Counted from the first letter of the stretch, positions 26,281 to 35,304 are shown. The stretch is DNA of 41,592 nt from Anaerolineales bacterium (GCA_021161345.1 JAGHAU010000044.1:1-41592), one strand, 5' to 3'. Notes: generated by a model not told the origin, from the letters alone. Numbers and translations: made by a program.

Positions 26281-27174
26281 TTATATTTGAATATATGTTA
26301 GGAATGCAAATCCACCATAGCGGGTGAGGCCGCCAACATCAGGCAGGATATAATGAGCTTTGATTAAATCTTTTGCCTGCTTGGCTTCTTTAGGGTCAAT
26401 AGGTTTGGTGATTTTCTCTCCATTCCACATCCAGGAAATCTCCGTGGTATCGATGCCCTCGCCTTCGACCATCATTGCAGCGGTAGGTATTCCTGGGACA
26501 TGACTAAAAATCTTGTGGATCGGCGGATTATCATCAAATAGGATATGTTTAAATCCTTTGGCCTTGGCTTCGATCAATCGCTGGGCATGATTGATATGGC
26601 AATCGAAAAATACTAGTGAACGATTTGAGTCAAAATCCGGGAACGAATATGACTGCCAATCTTGTTCAAACATTTGAGCCTTGAGATCAGTATATTCCAA
26701 TTTATTGAGACTGATATCAAAACCATATTGATTTGCATTGGGACAGGCTTGAGATAATAACCAGGAGGAGTGCCCTTTCCAGACTCCGCTTTCGACAATA
26801 AGATCTGGACTGAGGGTCCTGGCGATTGCATATAACCAGAATGCATTATGGAAACCGCTGCCATGTGTATTGTCTTTTTTCTCCCGGCTCCGGTAGATCT
26901 CAAAGAAATCCCGGACAATATTCAGCGAGTTATTGTTGGCTGCGTTAGGAAAAAAATCATTAGATAAAAAAGAATCAACCACACCGGCTAATTCAAGATG
27001 CAGTCTTTCCTGGTAGACTGGTTCGATCATATAAGAATATGCAGGATCATGAACATATTTCATTTTTAGCTGAGGTTTCTCTTTATCAGGAACATCTTTT
27101 TTAACTCGGTAGATTTGGATGCCCAGGAGGTTCTTCAGAAGGGATTGGATCAACTTCTTTAGCTTAGTTTTCAT
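26281..27174 (-). CDS. Hypothetical protein, TylF/CmcI-like class I methyltransferase-fold candidate
   Basis: 297 aa. DLIVESGVWKGHSSWLL resembles the TylF-family SAM motif (VECGVWRGGSS). It is the only minus-strand gene inside the glycan locus. Confidence 0.35.
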   Translation of the reverse strand: MKTKLKKLIQSLLKNLLGIQIYRVKKDVPDKEKPQLKMKYVHDPAYSYMIEPVYQERLHLELAGVVDSFLSNDFFPNAANNNSLNIVRDFFEIYRSREKKDNTHGSGFHNAFWLYAIARTLSPDLIVESGVWKGHSSWLLSQACPNANQYGFDISLNKLEYTDLKAQMFEQDWQSYSFPDFDSNRSLVFFDCHINHAQRLIEAKAKGFKHILFDDNPPIHKIFSHVPGIPTAAMMVEGEGIDTTEISWMWNGEKITKPIDPKEAKQAKDLIKAHYILPDVGGLTRYGGFAFLTYIQI

Positions 27175-27307
27175 GAATGGTCCTTATGGTATTGGAATGA
27201 TTGAGATCTGAAAGGTACACATAATTTGTTTATTCATCTCAATTTTACCAGCAATACTTCAAGGGAAAAGCTGGTTGCCAGGTCGATCCAGAAATTGTAA
27301 GTTAAGA

Positions 27308-27336
27308 TTGATGAAAAATACTCACAGGAATATGAT
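27308..27336 (+). promoter_or_regulatory. Candidate promoter for wzm-wzt
   Basis: TTGATG (27308-27313), 17-nt spacer, TATGAT (27331-27336), 45 nt upstream of the wzm ATG. Confidence 0.4.
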
Positions 27337-27381
27337 AGGGAGTTGTTTATCCAGAAATTAGGAAGAAAAGCAGGATAGCGT

Positions 27382-28224
27382 ATGTCAAAAAAAGAGCAGG
27401 AAATTCAACAGATAGTGATCGATCCAGAGGATCGAAAACGACGCCTCATTAACTGGCAGGAAATTTGGCAGTACCGGGACTTGTTTTTATTCCTGGTTTG
27501 GCGTGATATAAAGACTCGCTATGCCCAATCAATTCTTGGGGTAGGGTGGGCTATCATCCAGCCCGTATTTTCAATGATCGTCTTCACAATTGTTTTTGGC
27601 AATCTGGCTAAGGTAAACTCAGAAGGAGTGCCGTATTCCATATTTAGCTACACTGCCCTGGTCCCCTGGACCTTTTTTTCAACTTCTCTGACCAGCGCCA
27701 GTAGTAGTTTGATCGGTTCAAAGAACCTGATCACAAAAGTCTATTTTCCACGATTGGTCATCCCCATTGCCCCGGTCCTGGGCAAGACGATAGATTTTGG
27801 CATCTCGTTCTTGATCTTGCTTGGTATGATGCTCTGGTTTGGTGTTAAACCAACCATCTGGGCATTGATGGTGCCAGTCTTCATTATTTTGATGATGCTA
27901 ACAGCTGCGGGTGTGGGAATGTGGCTGACGGCATTATCCATTCAATATCGGGACGTCCGATATGGCGCTGACTTTTTTGTGCAGTTGTTAATGTATGCCT
28001 CACCTGTGATTTATGCCACGAGTATTATTCCTGAGAAGTATCAGATCCTATACGCGTTGAATCCAATGGTTGGTGTTATCGAAGGTTTCAGAGCTGCTTT
28101 ATTGGGAACTCGAGCCATGCCTTGGGATTTACTTGGGGTTGGAGCATTGATGGCAGTGGCTTTTTTCCTCAGTGGAGCTTTATACTTCCGTTCCATGGAG
28201 CAGTATTTCGCAGACGTTGCCTGA
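27382..28224 (+). CDS. wzm: ABC-2 type polysaccharide/teichoic-acid export permease
   Basis: 280 aa. N-terminal YRDLFLFLVWRDIKTRYAQSILGVGWAIIQP is typical of Wzm/TagG/KpsM. About 6 TM helices. Followed by the ATPase gene. Confidence 0.85.
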   Translation: MSKKEQEIQQIVIDPEDRKRRLINWQEIWQYRDLFLFLVWRDIKTRYAQSILGVGWAIIQPVFSMIVFTIVFGNLAKVNSEGVPYSIFSYTALVPWTFFSTSLTSASSSLIGSKNLITKVYFPRLVIPIAPVLGKTIDFGISFLILLGMMLWFGVKPTIWALMVPVFIILMMLTAAGVGMWLTALSIQYRDVRYGADFFVQLLMYASPVIYATSIIPEKYQILYALNPMVGVIEGFRAALLGTRAMPWDLLGVGALMAVAFFLSGALYFRSMEQYFADVA

Positions 28225-28264
28225 GTTAAACAAATTTCTATCTACCTATACTTGAGAAATTAAT

Positions 28265-29560
28265 ATGTCAAAGATTGCTATCAAAGTAGAGAGTTTATCT
28301 AAACGCTACCGGATCGGTTTTGAAAAACAGGCCCGTGATACGCTGGCAGAGGTGATTTCAGACTGGATAACCAGCCCGATCAGGAACTATCGCCGACTTA
28401 GGAATTTAACAAAATTCGAGGGACAAGAGCAGGAGATCCAGGAAGTAGAAGATATTATCTGGGCGTTAAGGGATATTTCTTTTGAGATTAAACCCGGAGA
28501 GGTTATCGGAGTAATCGGTAATAATGGCGCCGGAAAAAGCACGCTGCTGAAAATTCTGAGCCGGATCACATACCCAACTCATGGAACTGTTACACTTAAC
28601 GGTCGCGTTTCAAGCTTGCTGGAGGTAGGGACGGGTTTTCATCCAGAACTGACCGGTCGTGACAATGTATATCTAAATGGCACTATCCTGGGGATGACTC
28701 GAGATGAGATAGACAGGAAATTTGATGAGATTGTCGATTTTTCAGGGATCAGTAAATTTATTGACACCCCGGTTAAGTTTTACTCCAGCGGGATGGGGGT
28801 CCGCCTGGCTTTTTCCGTTGCAGCTCACTTGGAACCAGAAATCTTGTTAATTGATGAAGTTTTGTCCGTTGGTGACGCGGCTTTTCAGAAAAAATCCCTT
28901 GGGAAAATGGAGGAAGTTTCTCGGCTGGGAAGGACAGTACTGTTTGTCAGCCACAATATGGGTGCAGTCCGGTCTTTGTGTTCAAGAGGACTATTATTGG
29001 AATCTGGAATATTGACCATGGATGACAATGTAGATGCCGTCATTAACCAGTATTTATCCAGTAAGGATGTATCCTTATTAGGTCGATTAAATTGGTCAGA
29101 AGCTGACGCCCCTCAAGATCAAGAATTGATCCTTTTCGGTATAGAAATGGTTTCTAAAGACGGGGAAGTAAAAACGACTTTCCAGATCGATGAAGGATTT
29201 GAGATTAGGATCCATTACCAGATCGTAGAAGAGATCAAGAATCTTCGGTTATATCTCCGTTTCAAGACCACGATGAGTGAAACAGTTTTTGCTACATATG
29301 AGGATGCACAAATCCAGCAGGGATTTAATCGAAAGCCTGGCCATTATACGGCAATAGCGAAGATCCCGCCTAATATTCTCAATAATATGACTTACAGGAT
29401 CTATCTTGGATTTGATTCCCCCGGCCATAAGGTGCTCATTCCGGGGAAGGAATACCTTGAGGTAGATATTATCGACACATCGGATGGCTATCGTTATGTC
29501 CCTGGTGCTTTTGACGGACCGATTCGCCCCGTTATTGATTGGCGGGTAAATGAATCGTAG
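28265..29560 (+). CDS. wzt: Polysaccharide export ABC ATPase with a C-terminal substrate-recognition-like extension
   Basis: 431 aa. Walker A GNNGAGKST, signature YSSGMGVRLAF, Walker B ILLIDEVLSVGD. About 170 extra C-terminal residues sit where the Wzt_C beta-sandwich lies in characterised Wzt proteins. Confidence 0.85.
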   Translation: MSKIAIKVESLSKRYRIGFEKQARDTLAEVISDWITSPIRNYRRLRNLTKFEGQEQEIQEVEDIIWALRDISFEIKPGEVIGVIGNNGAGKSTLLKILSRITYPTHGTVTLNGRVSSLLEVGTGFHPELTGRDNVYLNGTILGMTRDEIDRKFDEIVDFSGISKFIDTPVKFYSSGMGVRLAFSVAAHLEPEILLIDEVLSVGDAAFQKKSLGKMEEVSRLGRTVLFVSHNMGAVRSLCSRGLLLESGILTMDDNVDAVINQYLSSKDVSLLGRLNWSEADAPQDQELILFGIEMVSKDGEVKTTFQIDEGFEIRIHYQIVEEIKNLRLYLRFKTTMSETVFATYEDAQIQQGFNRKPGHYTAIAKIPPNILNNMTYRIYLGFDSPGHKVLIPGKEYLEVDIIDTSDGYRYVPGAFDGPIRPVIDWRVNES

Positions 29561-29586
29561 AGAGAGAATATTGGATATCTGATAAC

Positions 29587-30480
29587 ATGAATATCGTTTA
29601 TTTTACCAAAGGCCAGCGCGGCAGTACTTGTTTAGCCCATATCCTTGAGAAAGGATATAGTGTTGGCGCAGTGATCGGCGTTGGCCAGGAAGATGAAGTC
29701 GACTTCCTGGCGGAGCAATACGGCTTTCCAATTCTCCTTCTGAATAAGATAAATTCACCGGAATCTGTATCGCAGTTGAAAGAACTGGATCCGGATTTAT
29801 TTGTCCTGTGCGGTTATAACAAGATCCTTAAAAATCCTGTGATCGAGACCCCTCCCCTGGGAACGATCAACCTCCATGGTGGAAAGCTGCCGGAATACCG
29901 CGGCGCGGCGCCGATCAATTGGCAGATTATTAACGGTGAGACCACTGGTGGCTGTTCGATCATCTACGTGGATGAGGGAATCGACACTGGCGATATAATT
30001 GCCCAGGAGTTCTATCCTATCGAGGCTGAAGATACTCATGCCAGTGTGCTGGATAAGACCCTGGAGATTTTCCCCAGGCTGCTGGTGCAGGTTCTGGAGC
30101 AGGTCGAGAGCGGAACAGTCCAGACAATAAAACAGGATCCCCTGGCGGGCAGGTATTTCAGCCGTCGCTACCCCAGGGACAGCAGGATAAATTGGTCCGG
30201 AATGACGGATGTACAGGTCCACAACCTGGTGCGGGGCATGCATGGTCCCTACCCGGCTGCTTTTACCTACCGGGACGATATTAAAGTGGAAATCGACCGG
30301 ACAGGGCTGTTGGAAGAAACGATCACTGGTATCCCCGGCCGGGTGCCTCAAAAACGGGCCAATCAGGTGGTAGTGCTTGCCAAGAATAGGGGCCTGGTCA
30401 TTCTGGAAATCACAGTTGATGGAGAGAAAAAGGATCCCTCGACCTTCTTTAAGATCGGGGACGATTTAGGAAAAGAATAA
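29587..30480 (+). CDS. Formyltransferase (Fmt/ArnA-N-like; probable sugar N-formyltransferase)
   Basis: 297 aa. INLHGGKLPEYRGAAPINWQIING and DEGIDTGDII motifs, plus a Formyl_trans_C-like tail. Sits next to the SDR and the DegT aminotransferase. Confidence 0.75.
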   Translation: MNIVYFTKGQRGSTCLAHILEKGYSVGAVIGVGQEDEVDFLAEQYGFPILLLNKINSPESVSQLKELDPDLFVLCGYNKILKNPVIETPPLGTINLHGGKLPEYRGAAPINWQIINGETTGGCSIIYVDEGIDTGDIIAQEFYPIEAEDTHASVLDKTLEIFPRLLVQVLEQVESGTVQTIKQDPLAGRYFSRRYPRDSRINWSGMTDVQVHNLVRGMHGPYPAAFTYRDDIKVEIDRTGLLEETITGIPGRVPQKRANQVVVLAKNRGLVILEITVDGEKKDPSTFFKIGDDLGKE

Positions 30481-30497
30481 AAAAGAGGATGGAAAAC

Positions 30498-31478
30498 ATG
30501 AGTAAAGTATTGATCACTGGTGGTGCAGGTTTTATCGGTTCATATGTTTCCAGGAAGCTGCTGGATATGGGGCACGAAGTTGTGGCATACGACGCTTTTG
30601 TGCATTACATTTCGCCCTTAAAAAGCGTCATAAAAGATTATTTTGAGCTGCGATTTGAAGGCATAACGGACCAGGTCGATTTCCGCCGGGGAGATACTCG
30701 CGATAAGGCCCATTTACGGCGGGTGATACTGGAGACCAGGCCGGACAGGATCCTTCATCTGGCCGCGCTTCCAATCGCCGATCTGTCCAACCGGCATTCC
30801 GAGGAAGCTCTCACCAGCATTCTGGAAGGCGCTGTGAATGTCCTGGAAGTGATCCGGGATGTAGATTTTGTGGACCGATTCGTATATATCTCTTCCTCGA
30901 TGATCTACGGTGATTTTGAGGAAATCCCTGCTCCAGAAGACCATCCTAAACGCCCGAAGGATATCTATGGGGGTACAAAATACGCTGGCGAGGTAATGAC
31001 AGAAACCTACAGCCGCCGGTATGGTATTCCCTACAGCATTATCCGGCCTTCAGCAGTTTACGGGCCGTATGATGTCAACCGCCGAGTGAGCCAGATCTTT
31101 GTTGAAAACGCTCTGCTTGGTAAACCGATCACCCTTTTCGGGGGCGGTCATCAGGCGCTCGATTTTACCTTTGTGGAAGATACCGCAGATGGCATCATCA
31201 AGGTTATGTTCCATGATAAGGCTTTGGACAACGCATTTAATATCACTTACGGCCATGGTTATACCCTGCGGGAGTTTGCAGATATTTTGAAAGAACACGT
31301 ACCTGATCTGGAAGTGAATGTTGTGGAAGAGGAAGATGTCTTCCGGCCCAAACGGGGAGCGTTATCGATTGAAAAAGCTAAAAAATTGGTTGGCTATAAT
31401 CCCCAGGTCTCCCTGGAAGAAGGTATAAAACGCTACCTCGATGTCTATCAGAACTTGGCAGTATTTGATCAAAAATAA
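30498..31478 (+). CDS. NAD-dependent epimerase/dehydratase (extended SDR)
   Basis: ITGGAGFIGS and YGGTKYAGE (YxxxK). The ORF opens at 30489, but the ATG at 30498 has an AGAGGA SD 8 nt upstream and gives the typical MSKVLITGG N-terminus. Confidence 0.8.
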   Translation: MSKVLITGGAGFIGSYVSRKLLDMGHEVVAYDAFVHYISPLKSVIKDYFELRFEGITDQVDFRRGDTRDKAHLRRVILETRPDRILHLAALPIADLSNRHSEEALTSILEGAVNVLEVIRDVDFVDRFVYISSSMIYGDFEEIPAPEDHPKRPKDIYGGTKYAGEVMTETYSRRYGIPYSIIRPSAVYGPYDVNRRVSQIFVENALLGKPITLFGGGHQALDFTFVEDTADGIIKVMFHDKALDNAFNITYGHGYTLREFADILKEHVPDLEVNVVEEEDVFRPKRGALSIEKAKKLVGYNPQVSLEEGIKRYLDVYQNLAVFDQK

Positions 31479-31503
31479 ATGCACTAATTATTGAGGAGCG
31501 ATC

Positions 31504-32637
31504 ATGCGAAAAATTCCTTTATGTATTCCTTATACAGGTCAGGAGGAAAAAGACGCTGTATGTGAGGTTATTGATTCTGGTTGGTATGCTCATGGTCCTA
31601 AGAATCATGAGTTTGAGGAGAGGTTTGCAGAATACCTGGGCGTAAAACATGCTTTTACAATGAATTCCTGCACCTCAGCTCTGCATTTGGCAGTGGAAGG
31701 ATTGGGAATCACCGGCGAGGTGATTTTGCCGAGTTTTACTTTTGTTGCTTCCGCAAATGCCGTGATCACTGGAGGAGCAAAACCGGTGTTTGCAGATATT
31801 TCTTATGACACCTGCAATATCGACCCAGCATCGATTGAGCGTATGATCTCTCCCCAGACGGAAGCGATCATGCCGGTGCATTATGGGGGTCAGAGCGCGG
31901 ATATGACCGCGATCATGGAAATCGCTGAGAAACACAAACTGATAGTGATCGAAGATTCTGCTGAGACCATTGGCGGAACTCACAACGGACGTCTGACAGG
32001 GACTTTTGATATCGGCTGTTTCTCCTTTTATCCCACCAAGAATCTGACCACCGGGGAGGGGGGAATGTTAACAACCAATGATGATCAGTTGGCGCTGAAA
32101 GTCAAAGCTCTTCTGGCTCACGGGATCGATAAATCTACCTATGAGCGGGAGGATAAGGAAAAAGCCTGGTATCGATCCGCCAGCCGGATCGGTTATAACT
32201 TCCGGATGAGCAACATCCTGGCGGCGATCGGCGTGGAACAGCTTAAAAAACTGCCCGAAATGAACCGTATGAGGCGGGATCTGGCCACCAGGCTTACTGA
32301 AGCCCTGGCTGAGATCCCTGAAGTAGAGGCGCCGGTGGAACGTCCTGAAAACAAACATGTTTACCAGATGTACACTGTGCGTATTAAAGAAGGATTGGAT
32401 CGGGATGAGTTTGTGAGAAGCCTGAACAATAAAGGCATCGGCGCATCGATCCATTTCTTCCCCCCGGTTCATTATATGCCCCCTTACTCGGGACAGGATT
32501 TCAGGCGGGACAATCTGTCGGTTACTGAAGAAGTCATCCGTGAGATCATTACTCTGCCGATGTATCCCCAGATGGCGGCTGATGATTTGGCTTATATGGT
32601 TGATTCGATTCGCAATACTGTATCTGAGTTGAGGTAA
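31504..32637 (+). CDS. DegT/DnrJ/EryC1/StrS-family PLP-dependent sugar aminotransferase
   Basis: 377 aa. The PLP-lysine context SFYPTKNLTTGEGGML is typical of the family. Confidence 0.85.
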   Translation: MRKIPLCIPYTGQEEKDAVCEVIDSGWYAHGPKNHEFEERFAEYLGVKHAFTMNSCTSALHLAVEGLGITGEVILPSFTFVASANAVITGGAKPVFADISYDTCNIDPASIERMISPQTEAIMPVHYGGQSADMTAIMEIAEKHKLIVIEDSAETIGGTHNGRLTGTFDIGCFSFYPTKNLTTGEGGMLTTNDDQLALKVKALLAHGIDKSTYEREDKEKAWYRSASRIGYNFRMSNILAAIGVEQLKKLPEMNRMRRDLATRLTEALAEIPEVEAPVERPENKHVYQMYTVRIKEGLDRDEFVRSLNNKGIGASIHFFPPVHYMPPYSGQDFRRDNLSVTEEVIREIITLPMYPQMAADDLAYMVDSIRNTVSELR

Positions 32638-32639
32638 TA

Positions 32640-33929
32640 ATGCACGTTCTCCATATCAATGCTACCTCTCATACGGGCGGTGCGGCCAGGGCCATGAGGC
32701 GCCTGCATTCAGCATTGGTAGAAAAAGGGCATCAATCCCGTTTACTGGTGGGGCGGAGTATAAAGCCTGATGATCCCCAGGTCCATTTGATCTGGGATGA
32801 GATCTCTTCTTTTCGTTCCCTAAGAAACAGGCTGCAATCCCGGATTGGCAACCAGCTTGAAAAATATATTGGCATCCATCCCTGGGCAAACAGGCCAGCT
32901 TTGAGAATCGCCGAGACAGACCTGTACCAATGGGCCGATATCATTGATCTGCGTAATTTGTTTGGGGGTTTTTTTAATCTGTGGAGTTTACCCCAGTTAT
33001 CAAAAAATAAACCGGTAGTCTGGCGTATGCCAGATCTGTGGGCTGTGACAGGCCAGTGCGCTTATCCTTATGATTGCTCCCGCTGGAAAACCGGCTGTTT
33101 TGATTGCCCTTTGTTATCAGAAGAGGGCCGAAATATTGTGGAACCGACTCCAACTAATTGGGACGGAACCCGCCGGGTTTGGCGGGCAAAAAAGGATATT
33201 TACAGCCGCTCACGCTTGCATATTATCGTGACCACTGAATGGATGCGGGAGCAGGTATCCCAATCCATCCTGGGGGATGTGCCATCCATCAATGTAATTT
33301 CTAATGGTGTCAACCTGGACATATACAAACCACAACCCAAGGATTCGGCCCGTCAGCAGCTTGGACTGGACCCAGATGAGAAAATCCTGCTCTGGGCAGC
33401 GGGAGGCAAGGGGAATTACCGCAAAGGGTACCACCTGGCGGTGGAAGCCTTGGAAGAAATGCAGGAGATCGGCAAAACTAAACTCACCTTGATCACGATG
33501 GGAGGCAAAGAGGGATGGGACAAACCGGAAAAGCTGAACAAAGTGGAGCATTATGGATATGTTCGGGATCCAGAAAAACAAGCCCTTGTCTATGCTGCGG
33601 CAGATGCTTTTTTATGCACGACTCTGGCAGATGGACAACCCCAAACCGCCCTGGAATCCCTGGCTTGCGGCACGCCAGTGATCGCTTTTGACCTGGGTCC
33701 TATGCCTGGATTGGTTTTTAATGATAAGACCGGACAGATTGCTCCGCAGGCGACCGCACAGTCCCTGTATAAAACCATCGATAAATTCCTGGCGAAGGAG
33801 GATCAGCATCCTTTCATGCGGGAATACTGCCGCAAAGAAGCCCTCCAGAAATATGACCTTGGGAAACAAACACAAAAATACATCGATCTTTACGAAAAGA
33901 TACTGAAGGAGAAAGCTTCCCAGTCCTGA
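32640..33929 (+). CDS. Glycosyltransferase family 4 (GT-B)
   Basis: 429 aa. N-terminal MHVLHINATSHTGGAARA and a C-terminal E-x7-E region (ALESLACGTPVIAFD). Confidence 0.75.
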   Translation: MHVLHINATSHTGGAARAMRRLHSALVEKGHQSRLLVGRSIKPDDPQVHLIWDEISSFRSLRNRLQSRIGNQLEKYIGIHPWANRPALRIAETDLYQWADIIDLRNLFGGFFNLWSLPQLSKNKPVVWRMPDLWAVTGQCAYPYDCSRWKTGCFDCPLLSEEGRNIVEPTPTNWDGTRRVWRAKKDIYSRSRLHIIVTTEWMREQVSQSILGDVPSINVISNGVNLDIYKPQPKDSARQQLGLDPDEKILLWAAGGKGNYRKGYHLAVEALEEMQEIGKTKLTLITMGGKEGWDKPEKLNKVEHYGYVRDPEKQALVYAAADAFLCTTLADGQPQTALESLACGTPVIAFDLGPMPGLVFNDKTGQIAPQATAQSLYKTIDKFLAKEDQHPFMREYCRKEALQKYDLGKQTQKYIDLYEKILKEKASQS

Positions 33930-33943
33930 TTGGATATTATAGG

Positions 33944-34129
33944 ATGAGCGCCTGGGCGGAAGTGGGGTAGAAGCTCACTGATTATTATGCTCCAGAATTT
34001 GAGAGAACCATTGTCTGGAATGATCTTGAGTTAAAGATACCCTGGCGAATCATGGAAGACGGCCATCCGATCCTGTCGGATAATGATTATCAGGCCCAAA
34101 AATTCCAGGATGGCGATCTGTACGAGTGA
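33944..34129 (+). pseudogene. rmlC: rmlC (dTDP-4-dehydrorhamnose 3,5-epimerase) 3' remnant
   Basis: My own translation is ..AEVG*KLTDYYAPEFERTIVWNDLELKIPWRIMEDGHPILSDNDYQAQKFQD.., which matches an RmlC C-terminus. There is an in-frame TAG at 33968-33970. About two-thirds of the gene is missing, and the remnant begins 15 nt after the GT4 stop. Confidence 0.7.
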
Positions 34130-34132
34130 ATT

Positions 34133-35215
34133 ATGAAAAATATCATGGTCACTGGTGGGGCTGGTTTTATTGGCTCTAATTTCATTCGTTTTTTGCTGGC
34201 TGCTGAACCAGATTTGAACATTTATAATCTGGACTTGTTAACTTATGCAGGCAGTCTTGAAAATCTGAAGCGCTTGCCAAACTCCGATCGGCATCATTTT
34301 ATTGAAGGTGATATTTGTGACAGAGATCTGGTGAAAAAAGTCCTGTCTGAGAATGATATTGACCTTGTGGTGCATTTTGCTGCTGAGACGCATGTAGACA
34401 GATCCATTCTTGGGCCAGAAGCGTTCATCCGGACCAATATACGAGGTACTTTTATATTGCTTGAGGCTGTCAGAAAATATTGGAAAATTGATTCAAGAAA
34501 AATACGGCCGGATGTCCATTTCCATCATATTTCCACCGATGAGGTCTACGGCACGCTGGCGTCGGATGAACCTGCCTTTTCTGAAGACCACCAGATATCG
34601 CCCAATTCACCATACGCTGCTTCCAAAGCAGCCAGCGATCACCTGGTGCGGTCCTATTTCCACACCTACGGATTGCCAATTACGATAACCAACTGCTCCA
34701 ATAATTACGGTCCCAACCAGTTTCCTGAAAAACTGATTCCACTGATGATATTAAATGCCATCGAGGGCAAACCGCTGCCAATCTATGGCGATGGCCGGCA
34801 AATCCGGGATTGGTTGTATGTTGAGGATCACTGCCGGGCAATCTGGACCGTAGTTCAGTCCGGTAAAAAAGGGGAAACCTATAATGTCGGAAGGGAAAAT
34901 CAGCCTACTAATCTAGAGATCGTCCAGGAGATCTGCAGGATTCTTGATCGAGATCTCCCTGATTCTCAATTTACTCCGCATGAAAACTTGATTGTCTATG
35001 TCACTGACCGGCCTGGTCATGACCGCCGCTATGCAATGAATATCAATAAAATCATAGGTGAGGTGGAGTGGAACCCACAAGTCAATCTTAAAGATGGATT
35101 AGAGTTAACAGTTGCCTGGTACCGGGAAAATTCGGATTGGGTGAAAAAGATCAGAGATCAACAAGAATATCAATCCTGGATGGAAAATAACTATCATGAC
35201 AGGAGTATTTCATGA
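34133..35215 (+). CDS. rmlB: dTDP-glucose 4,6-dehydratase
   Basis: 360 aa, full length. VTGGAGFIGSNF, YAASKAASDHLV and NCSNNYGP. Confidence 0.9.
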   Translation: MKNIMVTGGAGFIGSNFIRFLLAAEPDLNIYNLDLLTYAGSLENLKRLPNSDRHHFIEGDICDRDLVKKVLSENDIDLVVHFAAETHVDRSILGPEAFIRTNIRGTFILLEAVRKYWKIDSRKIRPDVHFHHISTDEVYGTLASDEPAFSEDHQISPNSPYAASKAASDHLVRSYFHTYGLPITITNCSNNYGPNQFPEKLIPLMILNAIEGKPLPIYGDGRQIRDWLYVEDHCRAIWTVVQSGKKGETYNVGRENQPTNLEIVQEICRILDRDLPDSQFTPHENLIVYVTDRPGHDRRYAMNINKIIGEVEWNPQVNLKDGLELTVAWYRENSDWVKKIRDQQEYQSWMENNYHDRSIS

Positions 35216-35304
35216 AAGGGATTATTCTATCTTGTGGAAACGATACCAGATAATATCCGCTAACAATTGCAGTCAGAAAACAGCTGCTCTGTGAATTGAT
35301 TTGA
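35212..35304 (+). pseudogene. rmlA: rmlA (glucose-1-phosphate thymidylyltransferase) 5' remnant
   Basis: My own translation is MKGIILSCGNDTR*YPLTIAVRKQLL.., compared with canonical MKGIILAGGSGTRLYP.T.AVSKQLLP. There is an in-frame TAA at 35251-35253, and similarity ends after ~28 codons. An ATGA overlap with rmlB is preserved. Confidence 0.7.

Noticed and set aside
21171-32637. Calling the dehydrogenase, formyltransferase, SDR, aminotransferase and GT-C protein a bona fide Arn (L-Ara4N lipid A modification) pathway
   Set aside because: No ArnC, ArnD or ArnE/F homologue is visible. The SDR has no diagnostic decarboxylase motif that I can verify. Gmd- and RmlB-based routes are equally compatible. 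It is kept only as one alternative within a finding.
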